DNA of 64,000 bases from Planctomycetota bacterium (lineage in GTDB: Bacteria > Planctomycetota > B15-G4 > JADJEK01): the NCBI GenBank assembly GCA_052034255.1, contig JBPOIU010000019.1, positions 7,842-71,841 on the forward strand. Reading direction: 5' to 3'. The position numbers and the translations under genes are program-made. Position 1 is the stretch's first letter; the number at the start of each line of letters is the position of its first letter. Positions 30,617 to 40,934 of this stretch are shown one piece after another. The notes under the pieces were generated by a model that was not told the DNA's origin, did not search any database, and was given only the letters and a program-made list of their open reading frames with translations.

Positions 30617-31837
30617 ATGCGCCATGGACTCCCGCTCGACCGAGCCACCGCCACCACCCAAGCGCCCGTCGCCTGCCCGCATTTCGGGCCGTGCGGCGGC
30701 TGTTCGCTGCTCGACGTGCGTTACTCGGAGGAAGTCGGGATGAAGGAAGCCGCGTTCGCGCGGCTCGTCCGCGGCTCCGACGCGTTGCGCAAAGCGAAGA
30801 TCCTCCCGCTGCTGCGCGCGCGCGAGCCGTTGTTCTATCGCACGTCGTTGAAAGTCCCGTTCGGTCGCCAGGACGGCGCCGTCGTCACCGGCTTCTTCAA
30901 ACGCCGCACGCACGCGATCGTCGACCTCACGGGTTGCGCGATCCAGGATCCGACGCTCACGGCGCTGTTGCTGGACGTGAAGCGCTTCGCCGCGGCGATC
31001 GGCGTCCCGATCTACGACGAGAGCACGCATCGCGGCGTGCTGCGGCATTTCCTCGCGCGCGTCGGTTCGGGCACGCGCGAGCTGCTCTGCGGATTCGTGG
31101 TCCGGGTGGGCGGCGACAAAGCGATTCGCGAGTTGGCTCAGGCGACGATGGAGGCGTGGGGCGACCGCGGCCTGGTCGGCGTCGTCGAGAACGTCAACGG
31201 CGCGCGCACGAACGTGATCCTCGGCGACGTCACGCACACGCTGCAAGGTCGCGGCCATCTCGAAGAGCACGCCGACGCGCTGCGTTCCCGCACGCCACTG
31301 GAGGCGTTCGTCCAAGTGAACGCCGCGCAAGCGAGCGCGCTCTATCGCGAAGTCGCGCGCCGACTCGCGCCGTTGGAAGGCAAGCGCATCGTCGACCTCT
31401 ACTCGGGATTCGGGCCGATCGCACTGCGCCTCGCTCACGCCGGCGCGCGCGTGGTCGCGATCGAGCGCAATGCGGTCGCGGCGCGCGAAGGCGAACGGGC
31501 CGCGGCGGACAACGGGCTCGCCGAGCGCGTGTCGTTCCTCGCGGCCGATGCCGAGCACGGGTTGCGCGCGACCGATGCCGACGGACTCGATGCGGTCGTC
31601 GTCGATCCGCCGCGCCGCGGGCTCGCGCCGGGGCTGATCGCCACGCTGAAGAGCCTGGCCTTCGCGCGCATGGTCTACGTGTCTTGCAACCCGGAGACGT
31701 TCGTCCGCGATCTCGAAGCCCTCGCGCCCGAGTTGCGCGTCACGGAACTGCGCCCCGTCGACCTCTTCCCGCGGACCGAGCACCTCGAGTCGATCGCGGT
31801 GCTCGAGCGCTTCGTGCCGCGCCGTCCCACGGCGTAG
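30617..31837 (+). CDS. Class I SAM-dependent RNA (uracil-5)-methyltransferase, RlmD/RumA (TrmA) family, with an N-terminal Fe-S Cys cluster
   Basis: A Cys cluster (CPHFGPCGGCS) is followed by an SAM-binding fold (VDLYSGFGPIAL) and a C-terminal catalytic region (VYVSCNPETFVRDL). Confidence 0.75.
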   Translation: MRHGLPLDRATATTQAPVACPHFGPCGGCSLLDVRYSEEVGMKEAAFARLVRGSDALRKAKILPLLRAREPLFYRTSLKVPFGRQDGAVVTGFFKRRTHAIVDLTGCAIQDPTLTALLLDVKRFAAAIGVPIYDESTHRGVLRHFLARVGSGTRELLCGFVVRVGGDKAIRELAQATMEAWGDRGLVGVVENVNGARTNVILGDVTHTLQGRGHLEEHADALRSRTPLEAFVQVNAAQASALYREVARRLAPLEGKRIVDLYSGFGPIALRLAHAGARVVAIERNAVAAREGERAAADNGLAERVSFLAADAEHGLRATDADGLDAVVVDPPRRGLAPGLIATLKSLAFARMVYVSCNPETFVRDLEALAPELRVTELRPVDLFPRTEHLESIAVLERFVPRRPTA

Positions 31838-31922
31838 CCCCGGTCCAGACTGCTCGCTCCGCAGCGAAGCCGACCTCGCGTTCGCGGGGTAGACTCCGGG
31901 CCCCTATTGCCGCCGAGCTCCC

Positions 31923-33509
31923 ATGGATCGCCTCCGCTCCGCCCTGATCGCCGCATGGTTCGCGTCCGCGGGCGGCGCGGTCGCGCACGGGCAGGCCACC
32001 GCGCCGGCTCCCCCCGAAAACCCGACGACCGCCGCCAAAGCCCTGCTCGGCAAGGCCTTGTTCTGGGACGAGCAGCTGTCGGCGACGCGCACGATGGCCT
32101 GCGGCACCTGCCACCGCTTCGACGCCGGTGGCGCGGATCCGCGCATCGGCATCCACCCGGGTTTCGACGGAGTGTTCGGCACCGCCGACGACGTGCGCGG
32201 CTCGCCGGGGGTCGTGGCGACCGATGCGACCGGCGTCTACCAGCTCGCCGCGCCGTTCCCGTTCGCCGAACAAGTGACGAAGCGGCGCGCACCGTCGGTG
32301 ATCGACGCCGCGTTCGCGCCCGCCTTGTTCTGGGACGGGCGTGCCGACGCGACGTTCGAGGATCCGCAGAGCGGTGCCGTCGTCGCGACCGGATTCGCGG
32401 CGTTGGAATCGCAGGCCGCGGGGCCGCCGGTGAACGCGCAGGAGATGGCGCATTTCGGCACCACATGGGCCGATGTCGCGGCGCGCATCGCGACAGCGAA
32501 ACCGTTGGCCCTCGCGCTCGACGTGCCGCCGCCGCTCGCGGGGTTCATCGCGGATCGCACGTACCCCGCCCTGTTTCGCGACGCCTTCGGGTCCGCGGAC
32601 GTCACGCCGCAGCGCATCGTGTTCGCGCTGGCGGCCTACGAGCGCACGTTGACGTCGTCCGATTCGCCGTTCGATCGCTACCTCGAAGGCGTGGACGGAG
32701 CCCTGACCGAGCTCGAGTCCGAAGGCCTCGCGGTGTTCGACGGCGCCGGCAAGTGCTTCCTGTGCCACTCCGGGCCGCAACTGACGAATCACGGCTTCTT
32801 CAACATCGGCGTGCGGCCCGCGGTCGAGGATCCGGGCCGGTTCCTCGTGACCGGAGTCGCCAGCGACTTCGGACGCTTCAAGTCGCCGACGATGCGCAAC
32901 GTGGCGTTGCGCGCACCGTACTTCCACGACGGCAGCGCCGCGACGCTGATGGACGTCATCGAGTTCTACGACCGCGGTGGCGACTTCCACGAACATCAGA
33001 GCGAGCTGATCGAACCCCTCGGCCTGACCGCGCAACAGAAGCTCGCGCTGGCGCAGTTCCTGACGACCGCCACGCTGGACCCGCGGCTCGCGACCGGGCT
33101 GCCGCCGTTCGACCGGCCGACGCTGTACAGCGAAACCGATCGCGTGCCGTCGATCGTCGCAGCCGGCACACCGGGGACCGGTGGAGTGATGCCGCGCCTC
33201 GTGGCCTTGGAGCCTCCGTTCGTCGGCAATCCGTCGTGCGCCCTGGCGCTCGCCGAAGGACTCGCGGCGGCACCGGCGTTCTTGTTCGCGACCGGAAGCG
33301 CCGGATCTCCGCCGTTGGCGCTGCTCCCGCTCGGGGTGCTCGCCGGTTCGGGTTCTGGCGGCTACATCAGCTTCACTGCCGCGATTCCCCGCGACCCGAC
33401 GCTGATCGGCACGGTGCTGCGCTTGCGCGGGATCGTCGTGGATGCCGGCGCGGTCGGCGGACTCGCGACGACTCCGACCGTGGAGTTCCGCTTCTTCGAC
33501 GTGCCGTGA
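31923..33509 (+). CDS. Di-haem cytochrome c peroxidase (CCP/MauG family) with an extra C-terminal domain
   Basis: It has a signal peptide and two CxxCH sites (CGTCH and CFLCH), with the CCP-family conserved spacing GFFNIGV. Confidence 0.8.
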   Translation: MDRLRSALIAAWFASAGGAVAHGQATAPAPPENPTTAAKALLGKALFWDEQLSATRTMACGTCHRFDAGGADPRIGIHPGFDGVFGTADDVRGSPGVVATDATGVYQLAAPFPFAEQVTKRRAPSVIDAAFAPALFWDGRADATFEDPQSGAVVATGFAALESQAAGPPVNAQEMAHFGTTWADVAARIATAKPLALALDVPPPLAGFIADRTYPALFRDAFGSADVTPQRIVFALAAYERTLTSSDSPFDRYLEGVDGALTELESEGLAVFDGAGKCFLCHSGPQLTNHGFFNIGVRPAVEDPGRFLVTGVASDFGRFKSPTMRNVALRAPYFHDGSAATLMDVIEFYDRGGDFHEHQSELIEPLGLTAQQKLALAQFLTTATLDPRLATGLPPFDRPTLYSETDRVPSIVAAGTPGTGGVMPRLVALEPPFVGNPSCALALAEGLAAAPAFLFATGSAGSPPLALLPLGVLAGSGSGGYISFTAAIPRDPTLIGTVLRLRGIVVDAGAVGGLATTPTVEFRFFDVP

Positions 33510-33570
33510 CGGGCAGTCGAACGATGCGGCGCCGCGAGGGACTCGATCTGCCGTCCGTCGCGCGACGGGT

Positions 33571-34419
33571 TCAAGGCGCCTTGCGCGCGACCACGTAGGC
33601 GATCCAGACGCCCTCGTTCTCGAAGTGCGCGCGCCGTCGATAGACGCCGTCGCCCTCCTTCTGTTCCTCGTCCCAACCGTCGGTGTAGACCGCGCTCTCC
33701 GCGAATCCCGCTTCCGCGAGCGCATCGCGCAATTCGGCCAGGGTCCACAGCCGCCAGTCGTACGTGAACGCGCGCTTGAACGTGCGGCCGTCGCGCAACT
33801 CGAAATCGATGTGGCACAGGAAATCGTGCGAGATCGCGTCGAACCGCGCCTGGCGCCACAGGTAGGTGAAGCGCGGGACGCGCGTCCCATCCAGCAACGT
33901 CGTCGCGGCGATCGGCCGGCGGTCGGTGGACTCCTTCAACGCGTCCGTGCCGCCGAATGCGTCGAGCACGAACACGCCGCCTGGCTGCAGCGAACGCAAC
34001 GCGGCGCGGAAGTACGCCACGAGGTCGGCGCGACGCTTGAACACCCAATAGGAGAAGTTCAGCGCCGCGATGCACTCGACGCGCGGCTCCGTGACCTCGA
34101 GCACGTTCGCGTGCAGCAGACGCACGCGCGAGCGCGTCGCGACGTCGAGCGGCCGCACATTGCGCTTCACGGCCTGGGCGAGCACGTGCGCATCCAGATC
34201 GACGCCGATCGCGAGGTGCGAGCGGTCGCGCCGCGCGAACGCGCAGGCGATCGCCGCAGTCGCGCAGAAGTCCTCGCGCAGGATGCGCAGTGCCCGGCCG
34301 TTGCTGCGCTCGAACACCCGGGCGCAGAAGTCGAGGTCGGCATCGACGCACTGCACCGACGCCTCGTACAGCGCGTACTTGTCGACGCGCACACGCGCTT
34401 GGTTGGTCCGCTTCGCCAT
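33571..34419 (-). CDS. Class I SAM-dependent methyltransferase
   Basis: The start is set at Met 34419 (MAKRTNQ...), since the upstream ORF extension overlaps the kinase gene. Rossmann-like motif I (LRILREDFCATAAIACAFA) and motif II (GGVFVLD) are present. Confidence 0.65.
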   Translation of the reverse strand: MAKRTNQARVRVDKYALYEASVQCVDADLDFCARVFERSNGRALRILREDFCATAAIACAFARRDRSHLAIGVDLDAHVLAQAVKRNVRPLDVATRSRVRLLHANVLEVTEPRVECIAALNFSYWVFKRRADLVAYFRAALRSLQPGGVFVLDAFGGTDALKESTDRRPIAATTLLDGTRVPRFTYLWRQARFDAISHDFLCHIDFELRDGRTFKRAFTYDWRLWTLAELRDALAEAGFAESAVYTDGWDEEQKEGDGVYRRRAHFENEGVWIAYVVARKAP

Positions 34420-34490
34420 CGCCGCTCCGTCGTCTTCATCCGCAAGGGCGGAGGAAGGTAGCGACCGCGGCGCGATCCGCGAGCGGAAGT

Positions 34491-35759
34491 TCAGACCTGC
34501 GGTGAAACGTCGACGATGCGCAGCACGACCGCGCCAGGCGCGGTGCGCGCCGGCAGCGAGGGCAGCACCCGGCCCAGGATCAGCGGGTCGAGTTGGCGTC
34601 CTGCCGCATCGAACTCGTAGGCCGCCGCTTCGCCGCAGGCTCCGCCCTTGCGCTCCAGGCGCTCGACTTCTCCGCGCAAGCGGACGATCTCGGCGGCGCA
34701 CAACGTCAACGCCGAGCCGACGATCAACGCGACGCAGCCCGCGACCCGATGTTCGAAGAGGCCGCGCAGCCACCGGCCGACCAATGTCGGCGGGCTCCAT
34801 CCGAGCGGTTTGCCGTCGAGCCACCGCTTCAAGTCCGTCGCCATCGCGTCGACGCTCGGGTAGCGGTCGGCCTTGCGCTTCGCCAACGCTCGATCGAGGA
34901 TCCGCTCGAGTTCGCCGCGGAGCTTCGGATCGGAGCTGCCGATGCGCCGGGGCTTCGCATGCAGCACGACCTGCGCCGCCTCGTGGACCGAGACCGCGCC
35001 GACGTCGTAGGGCAGTGCTCCGGTCAGCAGCTCGAACAGCACGACGCCGAGCGCATAGAGGTCGCTGCGTGCGTCGACGTCTTCCGGTTTGCCGTCGCAC
35101 TGCTCCGGGCTCATGTACTGGAACGTCCCGAGCACTTGCCCGACCTCGGTCTGCGTGCCGTCGTTCTGCCGCAAGGCGGAGCGCGCGACGCCGAAGTCGA
35201 TCAGCTTCAGGCGGCCGTCCGCGTCCACGAGCAGGTTCGCGGGCTTGAGATCACGGTGGATGACGCCATTGCGGTGCGCGTAGCCGACCGCGTCGCAGGC
35301 AGCGAGGAACAGGCGCACGCGGTCGCGCACGTCGAGGGTCCGCAGTTTCGCGAACTCGGTGATGGGACGGCCGCCGCGGACCAACTCCATGACGAAGAAC
35401 GGCACCGGACCGAGATCGCCCGCGAGGCCGGTCGGCCGGTGCGTGCCCGCGTGATGGACGCGGGCGATGTGCGGATGATCGAGATCGGCGAGCAGCGTCG
35501 CTTCGCGCTCGAAGCGCGCGAGGACGGACCGGGACGCGAGACCGGTGCGCAGGACCTTCAACGCCACGGCGCGCCGTGGCTGGTCCTGCTCGGCTTCGAA
35601 CACGGTCCCCATGCCTCCGGTGCCGAGCAGGCCGACGATGCGGAAGCCGCCGATCGTCTCCGGAAGTGCGAACGGCAGCGACTCGTCGGCGGCGTCATGG
35701 ACCTCGGTGAGGTCCTTGAACGTCGACTTCGTCGCTTGTTTGTCCGCGAGCTGTTTCAT
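34491..35759 (-). CDS. Ser/Thr protein kinase with a C-terminal transmembrane segment
   Basis: Hanks kinase motifs are GTGGMGTVFEA, ALK, HRDLKPANLLV, DFGVA and SPE. A TM helix (VAGCVALIVGSALTLCAAEIV) is followed by a short C-terminal tail. Confidence 0.85.
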   Translation of the reverse strand: MKQLADKQATKSTFKDLTEVHDAADESLPFALPETIGGFRIVGLLGTGGMGTVFEAEQDQPRRAVALKVLRTGLASRSVLARFEREATLLADLDHPHIARVHHAGTHRPTGLAGDLGPVPFFVMELVRGGRPITEFAKLRTLDVRDRVRLFLAACDAVGYAHRNGVIHRDLKPANLLVDADGRLKLIDFGVARSALRQNDGTQTEVGQVLGTFQYMSPEQCDGKPEDVDARSDLYALGVVLFELLTGALPYDVGAVSVHEAAQVVLHAKPRRIGSSDPKLRGELERILDRALAKRKADRYPSVDAMATDLKRWLDGKPLGWSPPTLVGRWLRGLFEHRVAGCVALIVGSALTLCAAEIVRLRGEVERLERKGGACGEAAAYEFDAAGRQLDPLILGRVLPSLPARTAPGAVVLRIVDVSPQV

Positions 35760-35914
35760 GGGTCCTACGCCGGGCAGCGCCGACCTCGTCCGTTCAACGA
35801 ATCAGCCAGCCGCCCGTTTGGTCGCACTTCGAGCGATTTCCGTTCGCCTCTTTTGCGGTCGATTTGCGGTTCTTCGACCCCGGATCGGCCACGAATCGCC
35901 CCAAGGGCAGCGAT

Positions 35915-37198
35915 TCATGCGGTTTCCGACGGTGTCCCGCGTGCTTCCGGAGGTGTCCAACGCGAACGGTGGGCCAACACCCACAGCACCCCTGGAAGCA
36001 GCAACGACGCGCCAGAAACGACCGCCACCGATCGCGGGTTCCAGCCCCAATCGTCCAGGGCATGTCCCGTCGCGAGCATGGCGAGGCTGAACGTGACGGT
36101 GAACAGCGACAGCTCCGCCGAGAAAACCCGGCCTCGGAAGCGATCCTCGACCTTCCCCTGCAACAAGACCGTGCTGAAGACCCAGCTGACGCTGGAACCC
36201 AAATGGCCGAGCGCCAACAGCGCGCAGCCGATCCAGAAATTGCCCGCCTGCGCGAATGCGGTGAAGAACAGCGCGGCGACGAAGAAGCCCCACGCGATGA
36301 CCCGACGCATCGCGGCGCCGTCGCGGCCGCAGAGCATGCGACCCACGAAGGGGCCGACGCCGGTGCCGAGGGCGCGGGCGACGAACAGCAAACCGGTCCA
36401 CAGATCGATGCGATCGTCGGGCGGCAGGATGTCCTTCGCGAACACGTAAAGGAGCAGCAACGTGCCGCCGGACAGACCGAGACCGGCTTTGACCAGCACC
36501 AACGACAGCACGGCGCGATGGCCCGTGATGTAACGGAAGCCCTCGAACAGGTCGACGAAGCCGCTGGTCCAGCCACGCCCCGAGGTGGTGACCCGGGGCG
36601 CCGGCACGCGGCGGGCGACTTGGCTCACGCACAGCGCGGACAGCAGGAAGCTCGCCGAGTCGATCAGGAACGCCGGCGCGAGTCCGGCGAACTCGATCAC
36701 GATCCCGGCCAGCGCCGCGCCGATCGCCAGCATGACGGACCACGTCGCCGCGGACAGGGCATTGGCGGTCGCGAGCTGATCCGGGCGTACCAGGCTCGGG
36801 ATCAATGCGGTCTTCGCCGGCTCGAACAACGCGGTCAGCGCGACCTGCGCGGCGATCAGGGCATAGATCCCCATGACGTCGCCGCGGTCGTCGGCCCACA
36901 GGAAGGCCGGCACCAGCGCCGCCCGCAGGATGTCCGACAGCAGCAGGACGAAGCGGCGATCGACGCGATCGATCCACACGCCGGCCAACGGCGCGATGAC
37001 CAGATGCGGCAGCATCCGCAGCATCAGCGACAGCGCCTGCTCGGTGCCGGACGCTCCGAGCCGGTCGAGCAGCCGCATCACGGCGATCTGGTTGAACCAG
37101 TCGCCGGCCTGGCTGATCACCTGCCCGTACCAGAGGTAGCGGAACTCGCGGTTGCCGCGCAGCAACTCGGAGAACTCGCGGAAACCGGACTTCGCCAT
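35915..37198 (-). CDS. MFS transporter (EntS/macrolide-efflux-like)
   Basis: 12-TM topology with an MFS signature region (LLDRLGASG..., GVWIDRVDRR). Confidence 0.8.
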   Translation of the reverse strand: MAKSGFREFSELLRGNREFRYLWYGQVISQAGDWFNQIAVMRLLDRLGASGTEQALSLMLRMLPHLVIAPLAGVWIDRVDRRFVLLLSDILRAALVPAFLWADDRGDVMGIYALIAAQVALTALFEPAKTALIPSLVRPDQLATANALSAATWSVMLAIGAALAGIVIEFAGLAPAFLIDSASFLLSALCVSQVARRVPAPRVTTSGRGWTSGFVDLFEGFRYITGHRAVLSLVLVKAGLGLSGGTLLLLYVFAKDILPPDDRIDLWTGLLFVARALGTGVGPFVGRMLCGRDGAAMRRVIAWGFFVAALFFTAFAQAGNFWIGCALLALGHLGSSVSWVFSTVLLQGKVEDRFRGRVFSAELSLFTVTFSLAMLATGHALDDWGWNPRSVAVVSGASLLLPGVLWVLAHRSRWTPPEARGTPSETA

Positions 37199-37350
37199 GG
37201 ATGCTCGGGACGGAGACGAACGGCCAGGAGTCTATATCGAAGTTCACGATTCCGTTCTGCCGCGAGGCCGAGCGAGACGCGCGCGGGCGGTGGCGGACTT
37301 GTTCGATCGGCGGCTGGCCTCCGTCCGCCGCACCCGGTACGACGAGCGCC

Positions 37351-38118
37351 ATGAACGAACTCCTCCCCCACAAGCTCGCGTTCGTCACCGGAGCCACCAG
37401 CGGCATCGGCCGCGCCACCGTCCTGCGCTTCGTCCGGGAGGGCGCCCGCGTCGCCGCGGTCGGCCGCAACGCCGCTGCGCTCGAGGCCCTGGTCGCGGAA
37501 GCCGGTTCCCCCCATGTCGTGCCGATCGTCGCGGATCTCGCGCACGACGCGGCGCGCGCGGCCGCGGTCGACCGTGGCCGCCAGGAGCTCGGCGGCATCG
37601 ACGTCCTGGTCAACGCGGCCGGGATCTTGGAAGGTGGTTCGCTCGAAGCCACCGACCTCGCCCGCTTCGACCACAGCATGGACGTGAACCTGCGCGTCCC
37701 GTTCGACCTGATGCGGCGCCTGCTCCCGGACCTCATCGACCGCAAGGGCAACGTCGTCAACGTCTCCAGCGTCACGGGCACGCGGGCGTTCCCCGGCGTG
37801 CTCGCGTACTGCGTGTCGAAGGCGGCGCTCGATCAGCTCACGCGCTGCGCGGCGCTCGAGCTGGCCCCGCGCGGCGTCCGCGTGAACGCCGTCAACCCGG
37901 GCGTCGTGCGCACCGGGCTGCATCGCAACGGCGGCATGGGCGAGGACGCGTATCGCGCGTTCCTCGAGCGCAGCAAGGAAACGCATCCTCTCGGCCGCGT
38001 CGGCGAGCCGGAGGACGTCGCCGCACTGATCGCGTTCCTGGCGTCGGACCAGGCCGGCTGGATCACCGCGGCGACGATGCCGATCGATGGCGGCCGCGCG
38101 GAGACGTGCGCGCGGTAG
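37351..38118 (+). CDS. SDR family NAD(P)-dependent oxidoreductase (FabG-like)
   Basis: The start is ATG 37351. It has the TGATSGIGRA cofactor motif, NAAG, and the YCVSK catalytic Tyr/Lys. Confidence 0.85.
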   Translation: MNELLPHKLAFVTGATSGIGRATVLRFVREGARVAAVGRNAAALEALVAEAGSPHVVPIVADLAHDAARAAAVDRGRQELGGIDVLVNAAGILEGGSLEATDLARFDHSMDVNLRVPFDLMRRLLPDLIDRKGNVVNVSSVTGTRAFPGVLAYCVSKAALDQLTRCAALELAPRGVRVNAVNPGVVRTGLHRNGGMGEDAYRAFLERSKETHPLGRVGEPEDVAALIAFLASDQAGWITAATMPIDGGRAETCAR

Positions 38119-38120
38119 CC

Positions 38121-38594
38121 CTACTCCGCGAAGCGCATCGCGTGGATGCGAAGCCCCTTCGAGGTCGCGACGAACGTCAACTCGTGCATCTCGGCTTCGT
38201 CGCGCTTCGTGATCCAGTAGTCGCGCTTGCCAGCCACCGTGACCGACGCTCCGAGCTCACCGTCTTCGAGACAGTCGGCGCCGCACCACTCGCGATCGAG
38301 CGGCGGGCCGTCCTCGTTGACGGCCACGCGAACCGTCGAACCGTCCGCGGTCGAGAACGTCACTTCGACACGCGCGGCCGTGTTCGTGATCGTGCATGAC
38401 GAACCCTCGGCCGCGGCGCTCTCGATGTAGCCGTCGCCGTGGATCCACGCGCCTTCGAGGCGCACCAGGCCGATCTTCGGATCCGAGATTCCTTTGTGGA
38501 CGACCGGGGTTCCGGGCGTCATGGGTTCCTTGTTCGCGATGCGATCCGACCCGATACCGAGTACGAGATTCGCAGTGACGGGGCCGTCGCCCAT
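38121..38594 (-). CDS. Hypothetical protein (possible start at 38522)
   Basis: The composition is protein-like and not Arg-rich. No family was recognised. Confidence 0.35.
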   Translation of the reverse strand: MGDGPVTANLVLGIGSDRIANKEPMTPGTPVVHKGISDPKIGLVRLEGAWIHGDGYIESAAAEGSSCTITNTAARVEVTFSTADGSTVRVAVNEDGPPLDREWCGADCLEDGELGASVTVAGKRDYWITKRDEAEMHELTFVATSKGLRIHAMRFAE

Positions 38595-38755
38595 GATTTG
38601 CTCTCCAGGCTTGATCTCGATCGTCGCGCTCGAAGTGGCGGCAACCGCTCTGCAGTACCCGCGCGAAGGGCGCGGATCCTAGCAGCCCGAGGTCGGAGTC
38701 CGACCCGATTCGAGTCGCGGAGCACGCCGACCGACGTCGTCCCCGCGATGTCGGA

Positions 38756-40252
38756 TCACGGCGCGCTGAACACGCCTCCGGTCGCCTCCGACAGCTCGCG
38801 CAGGAACGCGCGCGCATCGTCCTTCTCGGCCAACGCCACCGTCGATACGGCGATCCCGCGCGTGCGATTCATGCGGCCGACGTGGTGCCTGATGCGCTGG
38901 AAGTATTGGAACTCGCCGGTCGACGGCGCCCCGTCCGACAACACGACGATCGTGTCCACGTCGTCGAACGCATACGCCGCGCGCAGGCCATCGAAGAGAT
39001 TGGTCTTGCCGCGCGCCTGCTGCCGCGCGAGGAACTTGTTCGCGTCCTCGAGCTTCGCCGGCGTAGCAGGGACGAGTTCCTTGGTCCACGCCGTCGCCGC
39101 ATCACCGAACACGACGATCGAGAATCGCGCGGTCGGCGGCAATGCGGCGACCGCGGTGGCGAATGCCGCACGCGCGGTGTCGAGACGCGGCTTGCCGCTG
39201 CGATCCACCTCGCGCATCGACCCTGAGAGGTCGAGCACGAAGACGACGCGATCGCTGGCGACCGGCAAGCCGTAGAACTTCACGGCGGAGCGCGGCTCGA
39301 TCGACTTGCCGCCCTTCGCCGGGATCGCGAACGTCGCGCCGTGGTGGGTCCACCACTCGCTCCAGGCTTTGACGTCGGGCGGGATCTCGAGTCCGGTGAG
39401 CTCCGACAGCGCGACGAAAGCCGCGGAGCGCACGCGTTCGCGCCGGTGCGCGAGCAAGCGCACGAGCGGTTCGAGGACGACCGCCTGCCGCAGGCGCGAC
39501 GCGTCCCGCAGCGCGCTCGCGAGCCGTACGTCGATCGTCTCGCCGTCCACGTGCGCACGCAGCACGTCGGCCACGTGCTCGGCGGCGAGCTCACGGTCGT
39601 TGAAGCCGAGCGAATGCAGTGCCTCGGCCGCGACCGCCCCATCGGCATCCCCGACCAACTCCGTGAGGATCGGGACCGCGTCGGCGCGGTACGCGCGCGA
39701 CAGGGCTTCCGCCGCGGCCGCACGCAGCAGCGAATCACCACCGGTGCGCGCGATCGCTTCGAGTGCGGGGCGCGCGTTCACCGGCTTGACGAAGCCCGCG
39801 GCCTCCACCGCAGCGAGCACGACGCTGGCATCGCGATCGGCGAGCGCGCGTTCGATCGCGTCCCCGGCGGCCGCATCGCCTCGTTCGCGCAGGATCTCGC
39901 ACGCCGTCGCGCGCACGGTCGCGTCCTTCGCGCCGAGTCCGTGGTCCACGACGGCGGCGGTCACGGCCGCATCCTTCGATCGACTGATCGCGGTGAACGC
40001 GATGTCGCGCACGCGCGTGCGCGGATCGCGAGCGGCGATCGGCAAGACCAGCGCAACCGCATCCGCGCCGCATTGCTCGACCGCCGCTTTGGCGGCATCG
40101 GCGCGCGCGTCGTCGTCGTTCGCCTTGAGGTCCTTCTTCAGTGCCGGCGGAACTTCGCCCGCCACGCACGTCGAACCCGGACTCTGCGAGAAACCCAACG
40201 AGAACCCCACCGCGCAGGCCATGGCCCACGCGCACGACACCAGCGATCTCAC
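38756..40252 (-). CDS. Exported HEAT-repeat (PBS-lyase-like) protein with a C-terminal von Willebrand factor A domain
   Basis: A signal peptide is followed by repeated Ala-rich helical pairs and a MIDAS motif (VFVLDLSGSM). Confidence 0.7.
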   Translation of the reverse strand: MRSLVSCAWAMACAVGFSLGFSQSPGSTCVAGEVPPALKKDLKANDDDARADAAKAAVEQCGADAVALVLPIAARDPRTRVRDIAFTAISRSKDAAVTAAVVDHGLGAKDATVRATACEILRERGDAAAGDAIERALADRDASVVLAAVEAAGFVKPVNARPALEAIARTGGDSLLRAAAAEALSRAYRADAVPILTELVGDADGAVAAEALHSLGFNDRELAAEHVADVLRAHVDGETIDVRLASALRDASRLRQAVVLEPLVRLLAHRRERVRSAAFVALSELTGLEIPPDVKAWSEWWTHHGATFAIPAKGGKSIEPRSAVKFYGLPVASDRVVFVLDLSGSMREVDRSGKPRLDTARAAFATAVAALPPTARFSIVVFGDAATAWTKELVPATPAKLEDANKFLARQQARGKTNLFDGLRAAYAFDDVDTIVVLSDGAPSTGEFQYFQRIRHHVGRMNRTRGIAVSTVALAEKDDARAFLRELSEATGGVFSAP

Positions 40253-40533
40253 CCGGAAGCCTCCTGTCGATGTGGCGAGGGCGACCGCGCGACGCGAGCC
40301 CCGCGGGATTGGACGCGTTCGGCGCTCGAGAGATACCGCGAGACGTCGTCGAGCAGCTCCATCAAACTCATGCGCGGCGGCGCGACGAAGATGCGCTTGC
40401 GACCGTCCTTCAATTCGACGTCGACGCGGCGCGCCAAGGTGTCATGGAACGGTTCGAGCACGAACGCGAACCGGGCGACGACCGGCGAACGCGACAACGC
40501 GAGGATGCGAGCGAGCGGATTGCGCGGATCCAT
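40249..40533 (-). CDS. Small hypothetical protein (94 aa) translationally coupled (ATGA) to the HEAT-VWA gene
   Basis: The stop overlaps the downstream start. No motifs were found. Confidence 0.3.
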   Translation of the reverse strand: MDPRNPLARILALSRSPVVARFAFVLEPFHDTLARRVDVELKDGRKRIFVAPPRMSLMELLDDVSRYLSSAERVQSRGARVARSPSPHRQEASG

Positions 40534-40718
40534 GGAGCTTCTCCGGGACCACTTCGCCCGCAGATCATGGAGAACGAGCCGGCCGACGGCTACCGGCGAG
40601 TCGCGTCATCCGCGGCGTTTCGGGTGGCCTGTCGCTCCGCTCGGAGAACGTGAATCAACTCGATGGACTCACGTTCTCGGCGTCACCCGGTGGTGCAGGG
40701 CGCCGGCAGTCGCCGCGT

Positions 40719-40934
40719 TCAGCGCGCTCCGTCCGGCGCCCCTTTGCGCGTCGAAGGTGATCGATTCGCGACCTCGGAGGACCGGGCTCGGTCCGGCTCG
40801 TCGTCGAACAACATGCGGATCGCCGGGGTCTCGAGGTCGTCGAACTGGCCAGCTCGCGCCGCGCGCACGTAGGCGACGAGCGCGGCCGCGACGAAGCACA
40901 GGGCCACGGGAACGACGACCCACAGGATCATCAT
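40719..40934 (-). CDS. ccoS: cbb3-type cytochrome oxidase maturation protein CcoS/FixS
   Basis: MMILWVVVPVALCFVAAALVAYVRAARAGQFDDLETPAIRMLFDDE matches the CcoS pattern of a TM helix followed by SGQYDDLEG...DDD. Confidence 0.7.
   Translation of the reverse strand: MMILWVVVPVALCFVAAALVAYVRAARAGQFDDLETPAIRMLFDDEPDRARSSEVANRSPSTRKGAPDGAR

Noticed and set aside
30422-33890. Long minus-strand ORFs (30422..31783, 31675..32466, 31740..33890) opposite the rlmD-like and cytochrome c peroxidase genes
   Set aside because: Low-complexity Arg/Gly/Ala-rich translations with no domains. The plus-strand genes have clear Fe-S, SAM and CxxCH motifs.
35802-37781. 659-aa minus-strand ORF and 496-aa plus-strand ORF (35864..37354) overlapping the MFS and SDR genes
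   Set aside because: Frame-shifted or antisense shadows. The MFS (12 TM) and SDR (TGxxxGIG, YxxxK) frames are the real ones.
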